Below are positions 16,438 through 28,115 of a DNA stretch of 64,000 nt, in pieces. Source of the DNA: Octopus sinensis (Eukaryota); NCBI RefSeq assembly GCF_006345805.1, contig NC_043006.1, forward strand, positions 81,406,001 to 81,470,000. The letters run 5' to 3'. The translations under genes were made by a program, and so were the position numbers. The notes under the pieces were generated by a model that saw only the letters and a program-made list of their open reading frames with translations, made no database searches and was not told the DNA's origin. Each line of letters opens with the position of its first letter. Within the stretch, counting starts at the first letter, position 1.

Positions 16438-16645
16438 TCTATTTTGTGAACCAATGAGAACCTCATTGATACAATTTCTGAAAGACTCTGTAGAGGCCAA
16501 CATGCATATAAATGTACTTTCTCATAATGCAGCGGGAATGTTTTTCAGTAACTGTTAACATAAGTTACTTTAAGTTATGGATGAATTAAGTTTAGCTTTA
16601 ACCTTCCCATTGTTTTAAGTACCAAGTAGCTATTTAACTCGCTAT

Positions 16646-17078
16646 GTTAAGTTAAGTTAATTTTTTGGCTCAAAAAACAAAAAGCAAGGCCATGTAGGGG
16701 GACATGGAGTTATGTACAGGGTGGTGTTCATGCAAAGAGTTCAGGCCATTTCTGGTCAAGGGAGACTTTGAACCGATCGGTCGTCGGCATCTTCACTATC
16801 TCGTCCGGCAGCTTATTCCACGGATTCGTAACCCGGACGAAGAAAGCCCCTCTCCTTCGATTGAGATGAAATCGTCGCAGATAGAGCTTTTCGGAGTGAC
16901 CCCGCAGCCGACGCTCTGGAGCAGGAGTGAAGAACAGCTCTTTCGAAAGGTTACACTTACCGCTTATGATGTGAGCAAGAATGAGTTCACCACGGCGTCG
17001 TCGTTTTTCGAGAGAATAAAGGTCGAGCGTCTTCAGCCTTTCTTCATAAGACAAATGCTTGAGACCAAGAACCGAATG
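16646..17078 (-). mobile_element. CR1 LINE 3' end (5'-truncated copy)
   Basis: LKHLSYEERLKTLDLYSLEKRRRRGELI...LRGHSEKL...FFVRVTNPWNKLP, followed by a short 3' UTR and a (TTAAC)3 tail. Confidence 0.9.
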
Positions 17079-17550
17079 CGTGTGCACTAAAACGCACGTG
17101 TGCGTATGCTTCCATCTTCATGGATGCTTGTATGAGGGAGTGTACACATGCCGTGAAGCTTGCGCAAGGGAGTATATACATCTATATCTGTTAACGGTTA
17201 TTTTTAATATTTTCTCGCTGTATTGCTCGTTGGTTTCTTGAATTTTTAAAAAAATTCTTAGTCTGAAACAAAAATAAACTTATAAATTTTAAACTTATAT
17301 TTCTTTTATTCCTTTTTTAAATATTCATTATTACCTACTCTCTTGCTTAGAGTTATTAAATGTGTTTATTTACAATTATCTTTGATAACCAGCTGTTCCA
17401 AATAAACAAAAAATACACATGGGAAAAAGATAAATAAACTTTCATAATAATACAAGGACACAACTATCCAGGAACGCAATTGTCTGTTACGCATTTGTCT
17501 AGCACGCAAATGTCCAACTCGCAACTGTTCTGAACTTATATATATATATA

Positions 17551-17862
17551 TCACCGTGATCACCGTGACCGACCAGGCTATCAGATGTTGCTACACATCG
17601 CTGGTCTCAATGCGCTTCGCATTGTTTTAGCCTTCAAATGACGCCACCCCGCTTGGCTAAGCGAGCAGGCCTACAGAAGAAAGAGTGAGAGAAAGTCGTG
17701 GCGAAAGAGTACAGCAGGTATCTCCACCAACCCCTGCTGGAGCTTCGTGGAGCTTTAGGTGTTTTCGCTCAATAAACACTCATAACGCCCGGTCTGGGAA
17801 TCGAAACCGCGATCCTACGACCGCGAGACCGCTGCCCTAACCACTGGGCCATTGCGCCTCCA
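17551..17862 (-). mobile_element. tRNA-headed SINE family C, tail type a
   Basis: Head GGAGGCGCAATGGCCCAGTGGTTAGGGCAGCGG...GGTTTCGATTCCC, shared with the 37441 copy. Inserted in (TA)n. Confidence 0.88.
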
Positions 17863-17879
17863 TATATATATATATATAG

Positions 17880-18082
17880 TTACTCAAAACATGAACAAAG
17901 AGAAAACATAAAAACGCCAGTACGTGGAACAAGTATAGTGTTATTGGGTGCTAAGGAAAGGAAAGAAAAAGGAGCAGATAAAGTTTCGAGCGGAGCTCTT
18001 CGTCAGAAACACAGAAAAAGGAAAGGTCCAAGGGAGGGAAGACGGAGAAAGAAAATCGCCAACGATACACACGTGGTCACAT
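17880..18082 (-). mobile_element. Penelope-like terminal-repeat relic with a minimal hammerhead motif
   Basis: Similar to 38818-39010. The minus strand reads GTTT-CTGACGA-A-GAGC-TCC-GCTC-GAAAC (17983-18010). Confidence 0.6.
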
Positions 18083-18235
18083 AAATACACGCACACACAT
18101 ATACACACACACCCGCACCCACGCGCACAACTTCAGCTCTCACACATACGCTCATACATACTTATGTGTGTGGTGTATGTGTGCAAACACATACACATAT
18201 ATATATTAACAAACTGTCTAATTTTATAGCTTGCT

Positions 18236-18245
18236 AGATAGATAA

Positions 18246-18292
<47 letters not shown>

Positions 18293-18293
18293 C

Positions 18294-18366
<73 letters not shown>

Positions 18367-18412
18367 GGATACATAGATGATAGATAGATAGATAGATAGA
18401 TAGATATATATA

Positions 18413-18506
<94 letters not shown>

Positions 18507-18516
18507 TATAGATAGA
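18236..18516. repeat. (GATA)n microsatellite
   Basis: Direct reading. Confidence 0.95.
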
Positions 18517-19177
18517 TTCATTGATGCATATTCAGATCTCTTTTCTGAGTCTGTTGATCATTTTCGCACTCCCTGTTTTATAACATTAATGTCAAGCTAA
18601 TATTATTCGACGGGCGATTGTTAAAAGTGCATTCTAATTGAATTCGCTTGAAGGAATTCAGTTATAGCGGAAATATACGTAAATATTTGCTCGTAGATTT
18701 ATGCAAGTATAATATTTTGCGGGGATAAAATAATGTACTTATTGCCGTTGATGTTATTATTGATGTCTATAATTATATTATTTGCTGCAACATGAAAGAG
18801 AAGGTAAACTAAATATCAAGAAGATTTTTGTTTTAATATACATATTTGATTCGAGTATTGTAGAAACGTTAATCCATTAAATCCTGTAACTTGCTTTACT
18901 CTGGAGCAACAAGTATTCTGAAACCTAAATGTCAGTTAATATTTACAATGAAGTACTTTAGAAATAACTGTCTCTGCACAGAAATCTGTCTACGCTGCTC
19001 ACTGTAACGAATTTTACACATCGTTGCACTGTATTCAACTCCTTATAAAGACTAATTTTAATTATAGTGCTCTTTCCAACTACCGTACAGGATAATGCAA
19101 CTTCCTAATAATACACTAGTTTAAATTTGTTGAGACTTCTAAGTGTCACTTATTCAGAATGCCTTTATATTTTATTC

Positions 19178-19623
19178 GGATCTTTTCAGTTTGAACGGCA
19201 GTTTTTTCTAGCGGTGTCATATGAAATTGTCACCCATAATTATGACCCTAGTATCGATATATTGCATTTCAATCTGTTTTAGGGTTAGGGTTAGAGTTAG
19301 GGTTAGTTAGGGTTAGGGTTAGGGGTGGGAGAAGGGTATATTTTTTTCTTCAGAAATGTAAATAAACCCAATCTGTTTCTTAAACGAGGAACATATTCAT
19401 ACGGCACAGAATTTTTTCTCTTCAATAGACGTCATTGATTGGTTGAAATTGCAGAAATTGAAGAAAAAAACAACAACAAATATCTTACAAACTATAGAAT
19501 TTTCTCAATAAAGCCAAGAGAAAAAGATGTTTTATAAACAAATTCTACCAGTATACGAAGTTTAAAAATGTTTAGTTACGTGGAAATTATTTTAAAAACC
19601 TGCCGGTCAAACCGAAAAGATCC
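19178..19623. mobile_element. MITE with ~30-bp TIRs, 8-bp TSD and internal (TTAGGG)n
   Basis: TIR GGATCTTTTCAGTTTGAACGGCAGTTTTT versus the reverse complement of AAAAACCTGCCGGTCAAACCGAAAAGATCC. Perfect TSD TTTTATTC (19170-19177, 19624-19631). Telomere-type repeats at 19279-19324. Confidence 0.85.
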
Positions 19624-21551
19624 TTTTATTCTAGTATTATATTAAAAATGAAATGAGCTCGACTTTCGGCGTTTAATCTAAGGTTGAATAAAAGCCTAGT
19701 GATGGGAGAGATTTTTCTGACAATATTTCTGAGAAACGAAACTCAAGTTCGATGCCTCATAAATATTTGAAATGTATGATCTGAAACTCATGTATATCTA
19801 TTCCCGACATTACGCTTCTGAGTACACATGAAGTTTTCTCAATTTGATTTTCGTACGATTAAACAGACTGGTAGATTTTATAGCCCCGGAAGTACATTGC
19901 CCAATACGTCCGTTTCATCACCCCTCAGTTTTGTGTTCATCTCACATTTATTCCTATGTTTATATAAACTCATATGCATAATTTCGACTTTTGTCTTATG
20001 AAATATTCATTAGTAACCGTAAATTGGTTTAGTCGTCAGAACATTGGAGACAATATTTCTCTATATTAGTTCCGACTCTAAACGTTTTAAATAAAATTCC
20101 TCTGACATCGACAAAAATATTTTTTTCTATAAAACAACCGAAAACGAAATAAGGCCGCAATTTTGCACTCAAATAGTCAATTAAAGTAAACTCAAAATGT
20201 GGTTGGTACTTCTATCAATCAAGGAATAATAAAAGGTAAAACATTCGACTGCGAAGGTATTTGAACTCAGGACATAAACAAGCAAGACTAAATACCAACA
20301 AACCAGGGATCTAGGATCTCGACTCCTAGAATTTGCTAACAAGCACAAACTGATCATAGCTACCACACTGATCTCACACAAAACCTGGCACAGAACAACA
20401 TGATGTGCATCTAGTGATAGGAATCACAAAGAAATCGATTTCATACTTAAATTTGATGTTATGGGTTTATTGTGAACTGAAGTATTAGTGGCTTAAATGA
20501 AATATATTGATTGCCACTGAGCATTAAAACTAACTCTCGGAAATACAATTTGAAGTGATTTACCTCATGTTCAACGGTATTATGTTCAAGTAGAAAGGAA
20601 GAGAAATCAATTCAATTGACTGTGGACTTTTCATTATAAATTTATTTTTCGACGAATTGATGAGTAAATCTACCGACACAATAGAGAACATTCCACACGA
20701 TTGTTCAACCTATTTGAAAATAGCAGTTGGGTCTCCCCGAAACCACGTCCCAACTATTTTAGAAAAAGAATAAAGGACATTGGTTAAAAATCTAGTCTGC
20801 GAAATGTATCGCCAGAAAATATAGACCAGGTTGTCACTTTTGGATTGCATAACAGTATAGGCGGCGAATTGGCAAAACCGTTACAACATCGGATGAACTA
20901 CCTTGCAATATTTTTTTCGGCACAAAAATGCTTTCTTAGCACAAATCCAGCCAAGGACAACGTTGCTTTATTTCAGAGTCGATAAATAGAGTACCAGTCC
21001 AATACTGAAGTCACTCTTCTCTCTCCTCACTTCTTCTCCACTCTCTACCCCTTCTCTCCTCTCTCCTCCCCCTCACACTCTTATATTATCTCCCTCCCCC
21101 TTCTCTCCCTTTCCCTCACTCTCTTTAGTTCTTCCTCTGTATCGTAGATTTTATTCAATAATTACACAGTGTCGTTCCGACTCCGTCCGAGAGCTGTGTC
21201 AATGGTATACGTGTCTGCGGAACGTTAAACCACTTACGGGTTAATTTTGCCAGAAGTAATTCATTTCGTTAAAAAACAACGTTGAGATTGTCGGGGAACC
21301 CACCAAAATATTTAACCAAACCTACAAATACAAGAAGAAAAAGAAATTGTTCGGGACCACTATTTAATATATGTAAACCCATACTTTACTACAAACATAT
21401 AACTTTATCGAGTATATATAGTTTTATTATATTTTGCTGATCTCAGTTTAATTGGCATAGAGATACATAATGGAAATATCTAGTACAAGACCCTCTTCTT
21501 GTTTACTTTAGTTTAGCTTAGTATTTATTATCATTATTAAGCGTATCTATA

Positions 21552-21975
21552 AGGCAGCGAGCTGGCAGAACCATTAGCACAGCCCAGCAAATTATTAAAC
21601 GTCATTTTGTCTGTTCTGCGTCCAAATTCTACCTCGCCGGCTTTGCTTTTATCCCTTTTGGGGTTGATAAATTAAGTACCAGCGGTGCACTGGAACCGAT
21701 TGCAATCAACGTGCCCCTCCCACCACATTTCAGGCCCATTGCCTATAGTACAGAGGATTATTATGTATTTGTATAAGGCGGTGAGCTGGCAGAATAGCTA
21801 GCATGCCGGAAAAAATGTTTGGCAGCATTTCGTCCGTCTTTATGTTCTGAGCTCAAATTCTGGCTGGTCGACTACGCCTTCCAGTTTTTCAGGGTCGATA
21901 AAATAAGCAGCAACAAAGTAACTGACTTGCCCCTTCCCTCAAAATCTGCTGGGCTTATGCCAAAACTTGAAACCG
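21552..21975 (+). mobile_element. Two adjacent degenerate family A SINEs (tail types 2 and 3)
   Basis: Heads AAGGCAGCGAGCTGGCAGAA (21551) and AAGGCGGTGAGCTGGCAGAA (21775), each with a GGGGTYGATAAA core. Another degenerate copy lies at about 20846-21010. Confidence 0.7.
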
Positions 21976-22379
21976 ACATAATATTTTTCTTTATATAAAT
22001 CAACGTAAAACAAGCTATCACAGATTCCTTAAGTGTGCTAAATGTGATACAGTCTAGTAAATTTACTCACTATAGCTTAAATATAAGCTATAAATGGTAG
22101 GTAACGGATACGTTGGCAAACTGAATACTTCTTTTGATAAGACCAAATATCTGGCTTATCTACGATCATTACTAAATTAAACATATATTTGTAGTTTTAG
22201 CGAGTAAACGTAGGTGGGAGTGGTAAAAGAAATTGGCAACACATCGAAGTAAGAAAGTGCTTTCTTATAGCTAATATGTTGGGTTCTTCGTTAGGGCATT
22301 TAAGTCTCATAAATGTTTGTGTGCGTGCGTGAATGCGTGTGTATGTGTGTGTGTGTGTGTGTGTGCGTGTGTGCGTGTA

Positions 22380-22828
22380 CAGGGTGCGGTGAATAAACTG
22401 TCTAAATTACGCAAAAATGAAAATAACACTGACATCTCATTTTGAGATATATATTTATCAAAAAAACTTGCCATTGGCTTCAACCACAGCCTCCAGACGA
22501 CTTCGGAGTCTCCTGTAACACTTCTGGATGGTCATCTTGTTTAAGCTGGTGAATGCTGCCCCAATCCTTGCCTTCGGCTCATCTTGGATGTTAAGGGGGT
22601 TTTGTGGGTCTCTCGCTCTAATACGCTCCACAATTAATAATCAAGGAGTTTGCATTCTGGGGAGTTAGGTGGCCAGATGTTAGAGGAGTGATGTGGTCAC
22701 AGAGATTGTCCGACAGCCATAACTGCGTGGCATGGTGCACAGTCCTGTTGCTAGACACTGGGTCTTCTAGCAGCCACGCTCTTGACCCAAGGCAGCACTA
22801 CCTCCTCCAGGTACCTGATGTAGGCCTC
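22380..22828 (-). mobile_element. Tc1/mariner superfamily (maT/DD37D-like) 3' fragment with one TIR
   Basis: RLNTEAYIRYLEEVVLPWVKSVAARRP...QQDCAPCH...IWPPNSPEC..LDY...RLEAVVEANG. End TA|CAGGGTGCGGTGAATAAA. Confidence 0.8.
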
Positions 22829-22876
22829 CGTGTTGAGTCTGTGTGTGTTTCTGTGTCTGCGTGTGTGTTTGCATGT

Positions 22877-22921
<45 letters not shown>

Positions 22922-23683
22922 TGTGTTTGTAAATATCTGCATATATATGTATTGTCCTATAATAATGTTATAGTCAGAAGAATTAAGTGCAAAGTTCATT
23001 TAACTTGTAATAACTTCGGGAAAAATACACCCAGAATGAATAGATGTTTGCTATGGTATTTTATGAGTGCTCTCTTGCCTGGTGTTACCTTTGTTTTTTC
23101 CTACTAGATGTGTACCTGGTTAAATTATCGACTACAAACTGATCCGTTTTCCCATACATATTGGTCGATTCTGTAATCGATGTTACTTTTTTACGATCTT
23201 GTTTGCAGCTTTTCATCAAGATGTTCCTGTATGTGTTTTAGTGCTTAAAATCGAGTTCTTGAGCAATCCATTTCAGAAACAAGACCCTCTGAATTTTTTC
23301 TAGGCTGTGATACCATGCTTGTATATTGAAACGCAAGGTTAAAAGTCTCTTATCAAATATTTCACAGTATTTTGAATCTTTAAAATAATTTCGACAAATC
23401 GAGATCTGCCTCTCGATCAAACTCTGCGCGTACAAAGATTCTACTTATCAACCATTCTTCGTCTATAACCCAATTTGCATGCTTCACATTTGCTGCGTCA
23501 TATAAATGTTTTGTGTATATGTATGTTCGTGTGGGTGTATGAGTGTATGTGTTTGCGCGTGGGTGTGTTGGCATGTGGCTGCGTCTTAGTTTACACATTT
23601 TTTTACCTATATCTATATATGTGTAGGTATATGTACACACGCTGACATATATATGTGTATATATATATATACATATATATGTC

Positions 23684-24191
23684 ATTGTTAAAGAGGACAA
23701 CAAAAGTGAAGGCAGAGCAAATATCTCAAGTCATATACATTATTGTTATTGGAAAACAATTAAAAGTCTAACAGCTGTTTCTGAGTATGGGATATTCCGT
23801 CATCGGAAACAAAGAGGGAAAATGAGAAGGGTATAGATTAATAAAATGACGACATAGAGGGCAGGAGTAAAGGAATAAGGAGATGAAGAAAGAGACGAAA
23901 AAAGAAGCATAAAATATCCAACTTTCCGATCTTGTAGAATTAAGGCCATAAGTCCTTAGGTGTTATTCTTCTCTTTTTTCATCTCCTTATTTCTTTCCTC
24001 TAGTCTTCTATGCTGCCATTTCCTTAATCTACACCCTTCTCATTTTCCCAATTTGACTCCGATGACGGAATATCTCATATTCTGGGATATGCTAGAAACA
24101 GCTGTAGGGCTTTGAATTTCTTCCAATGATAATAATGTATATGACTTGAGATGTTTGCCTTGTCTTAATGTTTGTTGTCCTCTTAAACAAT
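23684..24191. mobile_element. Fold-back element: ~220-bp inverted arms, each with a hammerhead-like motif (Penelope-like)
   Basis: Left arm ~23684-23900 is the reverse complement of right arm ~23960-24191. Motif CCGATGA...GAAACAGCTGT on minus (23770-23806) and plus (24059-24106). Confidence 0.75.
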
Positions 24192-24355
24192 TGTATATCC
24201 GCTGTATCGGAAATCTACAATGTCTCCATAACTACCGTCTTCGTTATAAACTTGGATCCCTAGTAATCCGTTACAGCACTTACCTAGCGTACCTAATTAT
24301 TTAGATCACCTGTGAACTAAACCCTCATATTTGGCATATTTATGTATGTATATAT

Positions 24356-24400
<45 letters not shown>

Positions 24401-24587
24401 ACACATGCGTACATGCATATTTATATATTAGGGAATATTATTCCAAACTTACAGGGAAAATTCAATTTAGAAATACGAAATTAATTTCACAAAATATAAT
24501 ATGTACATAAAAAGACTAAATATATATATATAATTTATTTTTTTCATTGTTGAACTGATAAAAGGTGGTTTTCTTCTAATATATATA

Positions 24588-24626
<39 letters not shown>

Positions 24627-24770
24627 GTGAATAGAAAGATGAATAATCTTGTTGTAGATTAATCAAAAGTTAACCGATACCTTAGTAGCAAAAATCACAG
24701 CAGTAAACAGCACGGTTGGAGGTACAACCATCTGGCTTTGCAACCGTGTGTTGGTGCGGATAATTGAAAT

Positions 24771-24875
24771 TAAAACATTATTGTGAATTGAAGAAATGGA
24801 GCTGAACGCAGATTGAACAGAAATCTGCGTTCAATCTGCTTCAGCTCCATTTCTTCAATCACCAATAATGTTTTA
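24771..24875. repeat. ~105-bp near-perfect palindrome
   Basis: AAAACATTATTG-TGAATTGAAGAAATGGAGCTGAACGCAGATTGAAC versus the reverse complement of GTTCAATCTGCTTCAGCTCCATTTCTTCAATCACCAATAATGTTTT. Confidence 0.9.
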
Positions 24876-25607
24876 TATATTATATATATATATATATCAT
24901 ATCTATGTTTATATGTACACATACATATGTGCATATATATATATATATATATATTCTCATACATGCCCATATACATAAGCAACTAATCATTAATCCCAAT
25001 TATTGTAAGTTATGTAAATTCAATTTTCGTCCAAGTGGTACATTTTCTTGAGTCGAAAATAAGTTGAAATTCTTTACGAGCATTGCAAGCAAACTAATCA
25101 TTACACCAAAATAAACTCCAGTCAACCAGTCATTTCACACCGCCTCCATTCTGAATGGTAGTATGTATGAAATAGGTTGCGTTCACGTATGTTCTCATAT
25201 GCCGATTTGTTTTTTTAATATACATAGAAGTAATCAGTTGCGATATGCATATTTCATTACTGTGATCAAATTGTATTTTGTCGCCGTTTAATAAAACTAT
25301 GTCCCGTGTTTTCTTTTGCAGTCCCAATGGGATACTTCCGCTTTAAGATCATGCTACTCTTAGTTGTAACGATAAACAGGAGCTAAAGTTTTTCGTTCAC
25401 TCTGGGAGTGAGAGCTGTTGCCAAGTAATTTCAGATATTCTACAGTACATTAATGTTAAATGAATTTTAGTACACTTACATTTGTATGTAAGTGCGAGTG
25501 TGCGTGTGTGATTATGGTGTATATATGTATGTATATGTTATATATATAATATATATATATAATATATATATATATCATATATATATCATATATATGTATA
25601 TATGTAT

Positions 25608-25643
<36 letters not shown>

Positions 25644-26852
25644 ATATATATTAGAAAAATTGAGGTAATCAGATCAGATTGGTTCATATTTGTAGATATT
25701 TATTATATATTAATTTTTTACATATATATCATATCATTCGGATTAGCGCTTGCTCCCATTCTAGTGGGTTTTCAAATCAAATCAGTTGTGGTAGTTTGAA
25801 CCTTTTTATAGTTTCGTAGTAGTGGTGAGGAGGAAGTGAGACAGAGAGAAAATATGTGTGTATGTGTGTGTGTGTGTGTGTGCGTGTGTGTGTGTGTGTG
25901 TGCGCATTTATATCTGAGAGTGAAGAAGTGTTATTTCCGTTGGTCTGCTGACCCCTGTGGTTTTATAAGAACTTTGGCTGTCCATTTCAATGTCACTGAG
26001 TGTGTGTTGTGCATAGGTTGGCCTGGCAAATGTCATTTGGGGTCACACTTTCTATGATCATTCTGTGGAGGTGTGTGTGTGTGTGTCTCTGTGTGTCTGT
26101 GTGTGTTTTTTGTGTGTGTGGTGTGTGTGTGTGTATGTGTGTGTGTGTGTGTCTGTGTGTTTGGAGAAGGGGAGAGAGACAAAAAGAGAAAAGGGAAAAT
26201 AAAAATAATAATAATAAAATAAAAATTAAAAAAATAAAAAAATAAAATAAAATAAAATAAAAACAAAAATAAAAATAAAATAAAAAATATAAAGAATAAA
26301 TAAAAAATATAAAGAATAAAAAATAAAAAATAAAAATAAAAATAAAAATAAAAAATAGGGAGGAAGTGGAGAAGAAAAAATATTTTTGTGTGTTGTTTTA
26401 TACCAACACATATATATATCACACACACAGACTTATACATAAAATATTTGAAAAAACCTTTTTTCGGTTCAAAATGAACACCAAATTATACCATCTTGAA
26501 AGTTTATGTCTAGGAAAGTTGAAAAAAAAAAACAAAGTGACAATTAAAGGGTAAAGATGAAGTGAATTATAAAGATAATAATATAATATGATGTATATAA
26601 CAGGCAATACACACATCTACACACACACAGATTTTTCCTTCAATGTATGTTGAGTAAAGTTTCAGCCATTTAATTTGGGGGAGAACTTAGCTATGAAATG
26701 TTTTTCCATATTCCTCCTGAAGGGGGTGTCATTCTTCGGACACTTGTAGAAGGGAAATATCTTAAATTTTCCTTCTCCACATGTAGCTAGGTGTGTGCTT
26801 AGTGGTATTTTGCGTAGTTCTTCCTGCCGAATATATATATATATATATATAT

Positions 26853-27705
26853 TTATTTTTCTTTTGCCCTTATTTTATTATATATATATATATATATATA
26901 TAAAATAAAATAAGGGCAAAAGAAAAATTCTAATGCCAAATATTGCCGAAAATAGACAAAATTGTCAATAACCATTATAATTTATGCGTCTCGAAACAAG
27001 CGGAAAGTAATTTCTAAAAAATTCCGTTATTACCGTATTGGTTAATTCATAAGGAGTTTCCCCTCCTCAGCGATAAATACGTAAGACATAAATGAAATAC
27101 TTTCTCATACTCATGGAAAAAGCAAGCACTAAGTCCTGAACAGTATTAGAATTACAATTTTTCGTTTGCCCTTATTTTATAAGTTATTTATAAATTTAAC
27201 CTTTAAAGGTATTTTTTAATATGCTGGCCATTGATAAAATGTTTTTTCGAAAACATTTTCTACATTAGATGTAAATTTAATAGTGTTCACTTCCGGACTC
27301 TCTCACTCTGTGAAGGTTTCTAGTTCGAATCACACGTGTCTCGAGACGTGCTGAAGATTTTCTATTTTGGACATATTTGGGGCACTTAGGTCTGCTCAGG
27401 ACTTAGCCCTTGCTTTTTCCATGAGTATGAGAAAGTATTTCAATTATGTCTTATGTATTTATCGCTGAGGAGGGGAAAATTCTTATGAATTAACTCTGAA
27501 ATTGGGACCAATACGGTAATAACGGAATTTTTTAGAAATTACTTTCGGCTTGTTTCGAGACAATTTTGTCTATTTTCGGCATATTTGGCATTAGAAATTT
27601 TCTTTTGCTCTTATTTTATAAGTTATTTATAAATTTGACCTTTAAAGGTATTTTTTAATATGCTGGCCATTGATAAAATTTTTTTTCGATAAATTTTATC
27701 CTACA
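26853..27705. repeat. Composite inverted plus direct repeat structure
   Basis: Segment X (26905-27143) is inverted at 27392-27619. Segment Y (27165-27260) is directly repeated at 27603-27700. Confidence 0.85.
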
Positions 27706-27782
27706 ATATATATATATATGGCGGTGCCCCAGCATGGCCACAGCTCGTCAGTTGAAACTAGATATATATGTATGTATATACC

Positions 27783-28005
27783 GTGGAGGCACATGGCCTA
27801 GTGGTTAGAGCAGCGGACTCGCGGTCGAGGGATCGCGGGATTGCTGATTCTTTCAGCACAACTTTCACTCACTCTTTCCTCCTGCATCTTGCAGCTCACC
27901 TGCGACGAACCGGCGTCCCGTCCAGGTGGGGAACCTATACGCCAAGGAAACCGGAAAACCGGCTCTATGAGCCAGGCGTGGCTCGAGAGGAACAAAACAA
28001 CAACA
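27783..28005 (+). mobile_element. SINE with family C head and a third tail type (b)
   Basis: Head GTGGAGGCACATGGCCTAGTGGTTAGAGCAGCGGACTCGCGGTCG, body GGCGTCCCGTCCAGG, tail GGAAACCGG...ATGAGCC then (AAC)n. Confidence 0.75.
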
Positions 28006-28041
28006 ATATATATATATAGATATATATATAATATAACACTA

Positions 28042-28084
<43 letters not shown>

Positions 28085-28115
28085 ATATATAATATATATA
28101 CACTATATATATACA

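Noticed and set aside
10190-17078. CR1 RT fragment and CR1 3' end as one interrupted element
   Set aside because: Both are on the minus strand, but the 3' end lies at higher coordinates than the RT, which is the wrong order. They are separate insertions.
19279-19324. (TTAGGG)n as a telomere or chromosome fusion scar
   Set aside because: Short, imperfect, and located inside a TIR element with a TSD.
23109-23460. Exon-like stretches with acceptor-like sites and peptide ANWVIDEEWLISRIFVRAEF on minus
   Set aside because: All frames close within about 35 codons and there is no recognisable family.
26200-26360. A-rich tract as a retrocopy poly(A) tail
   Set aside because: It is a degenerate (AAAAT)n low-complexity run with no upstream coding sequence or TSD.
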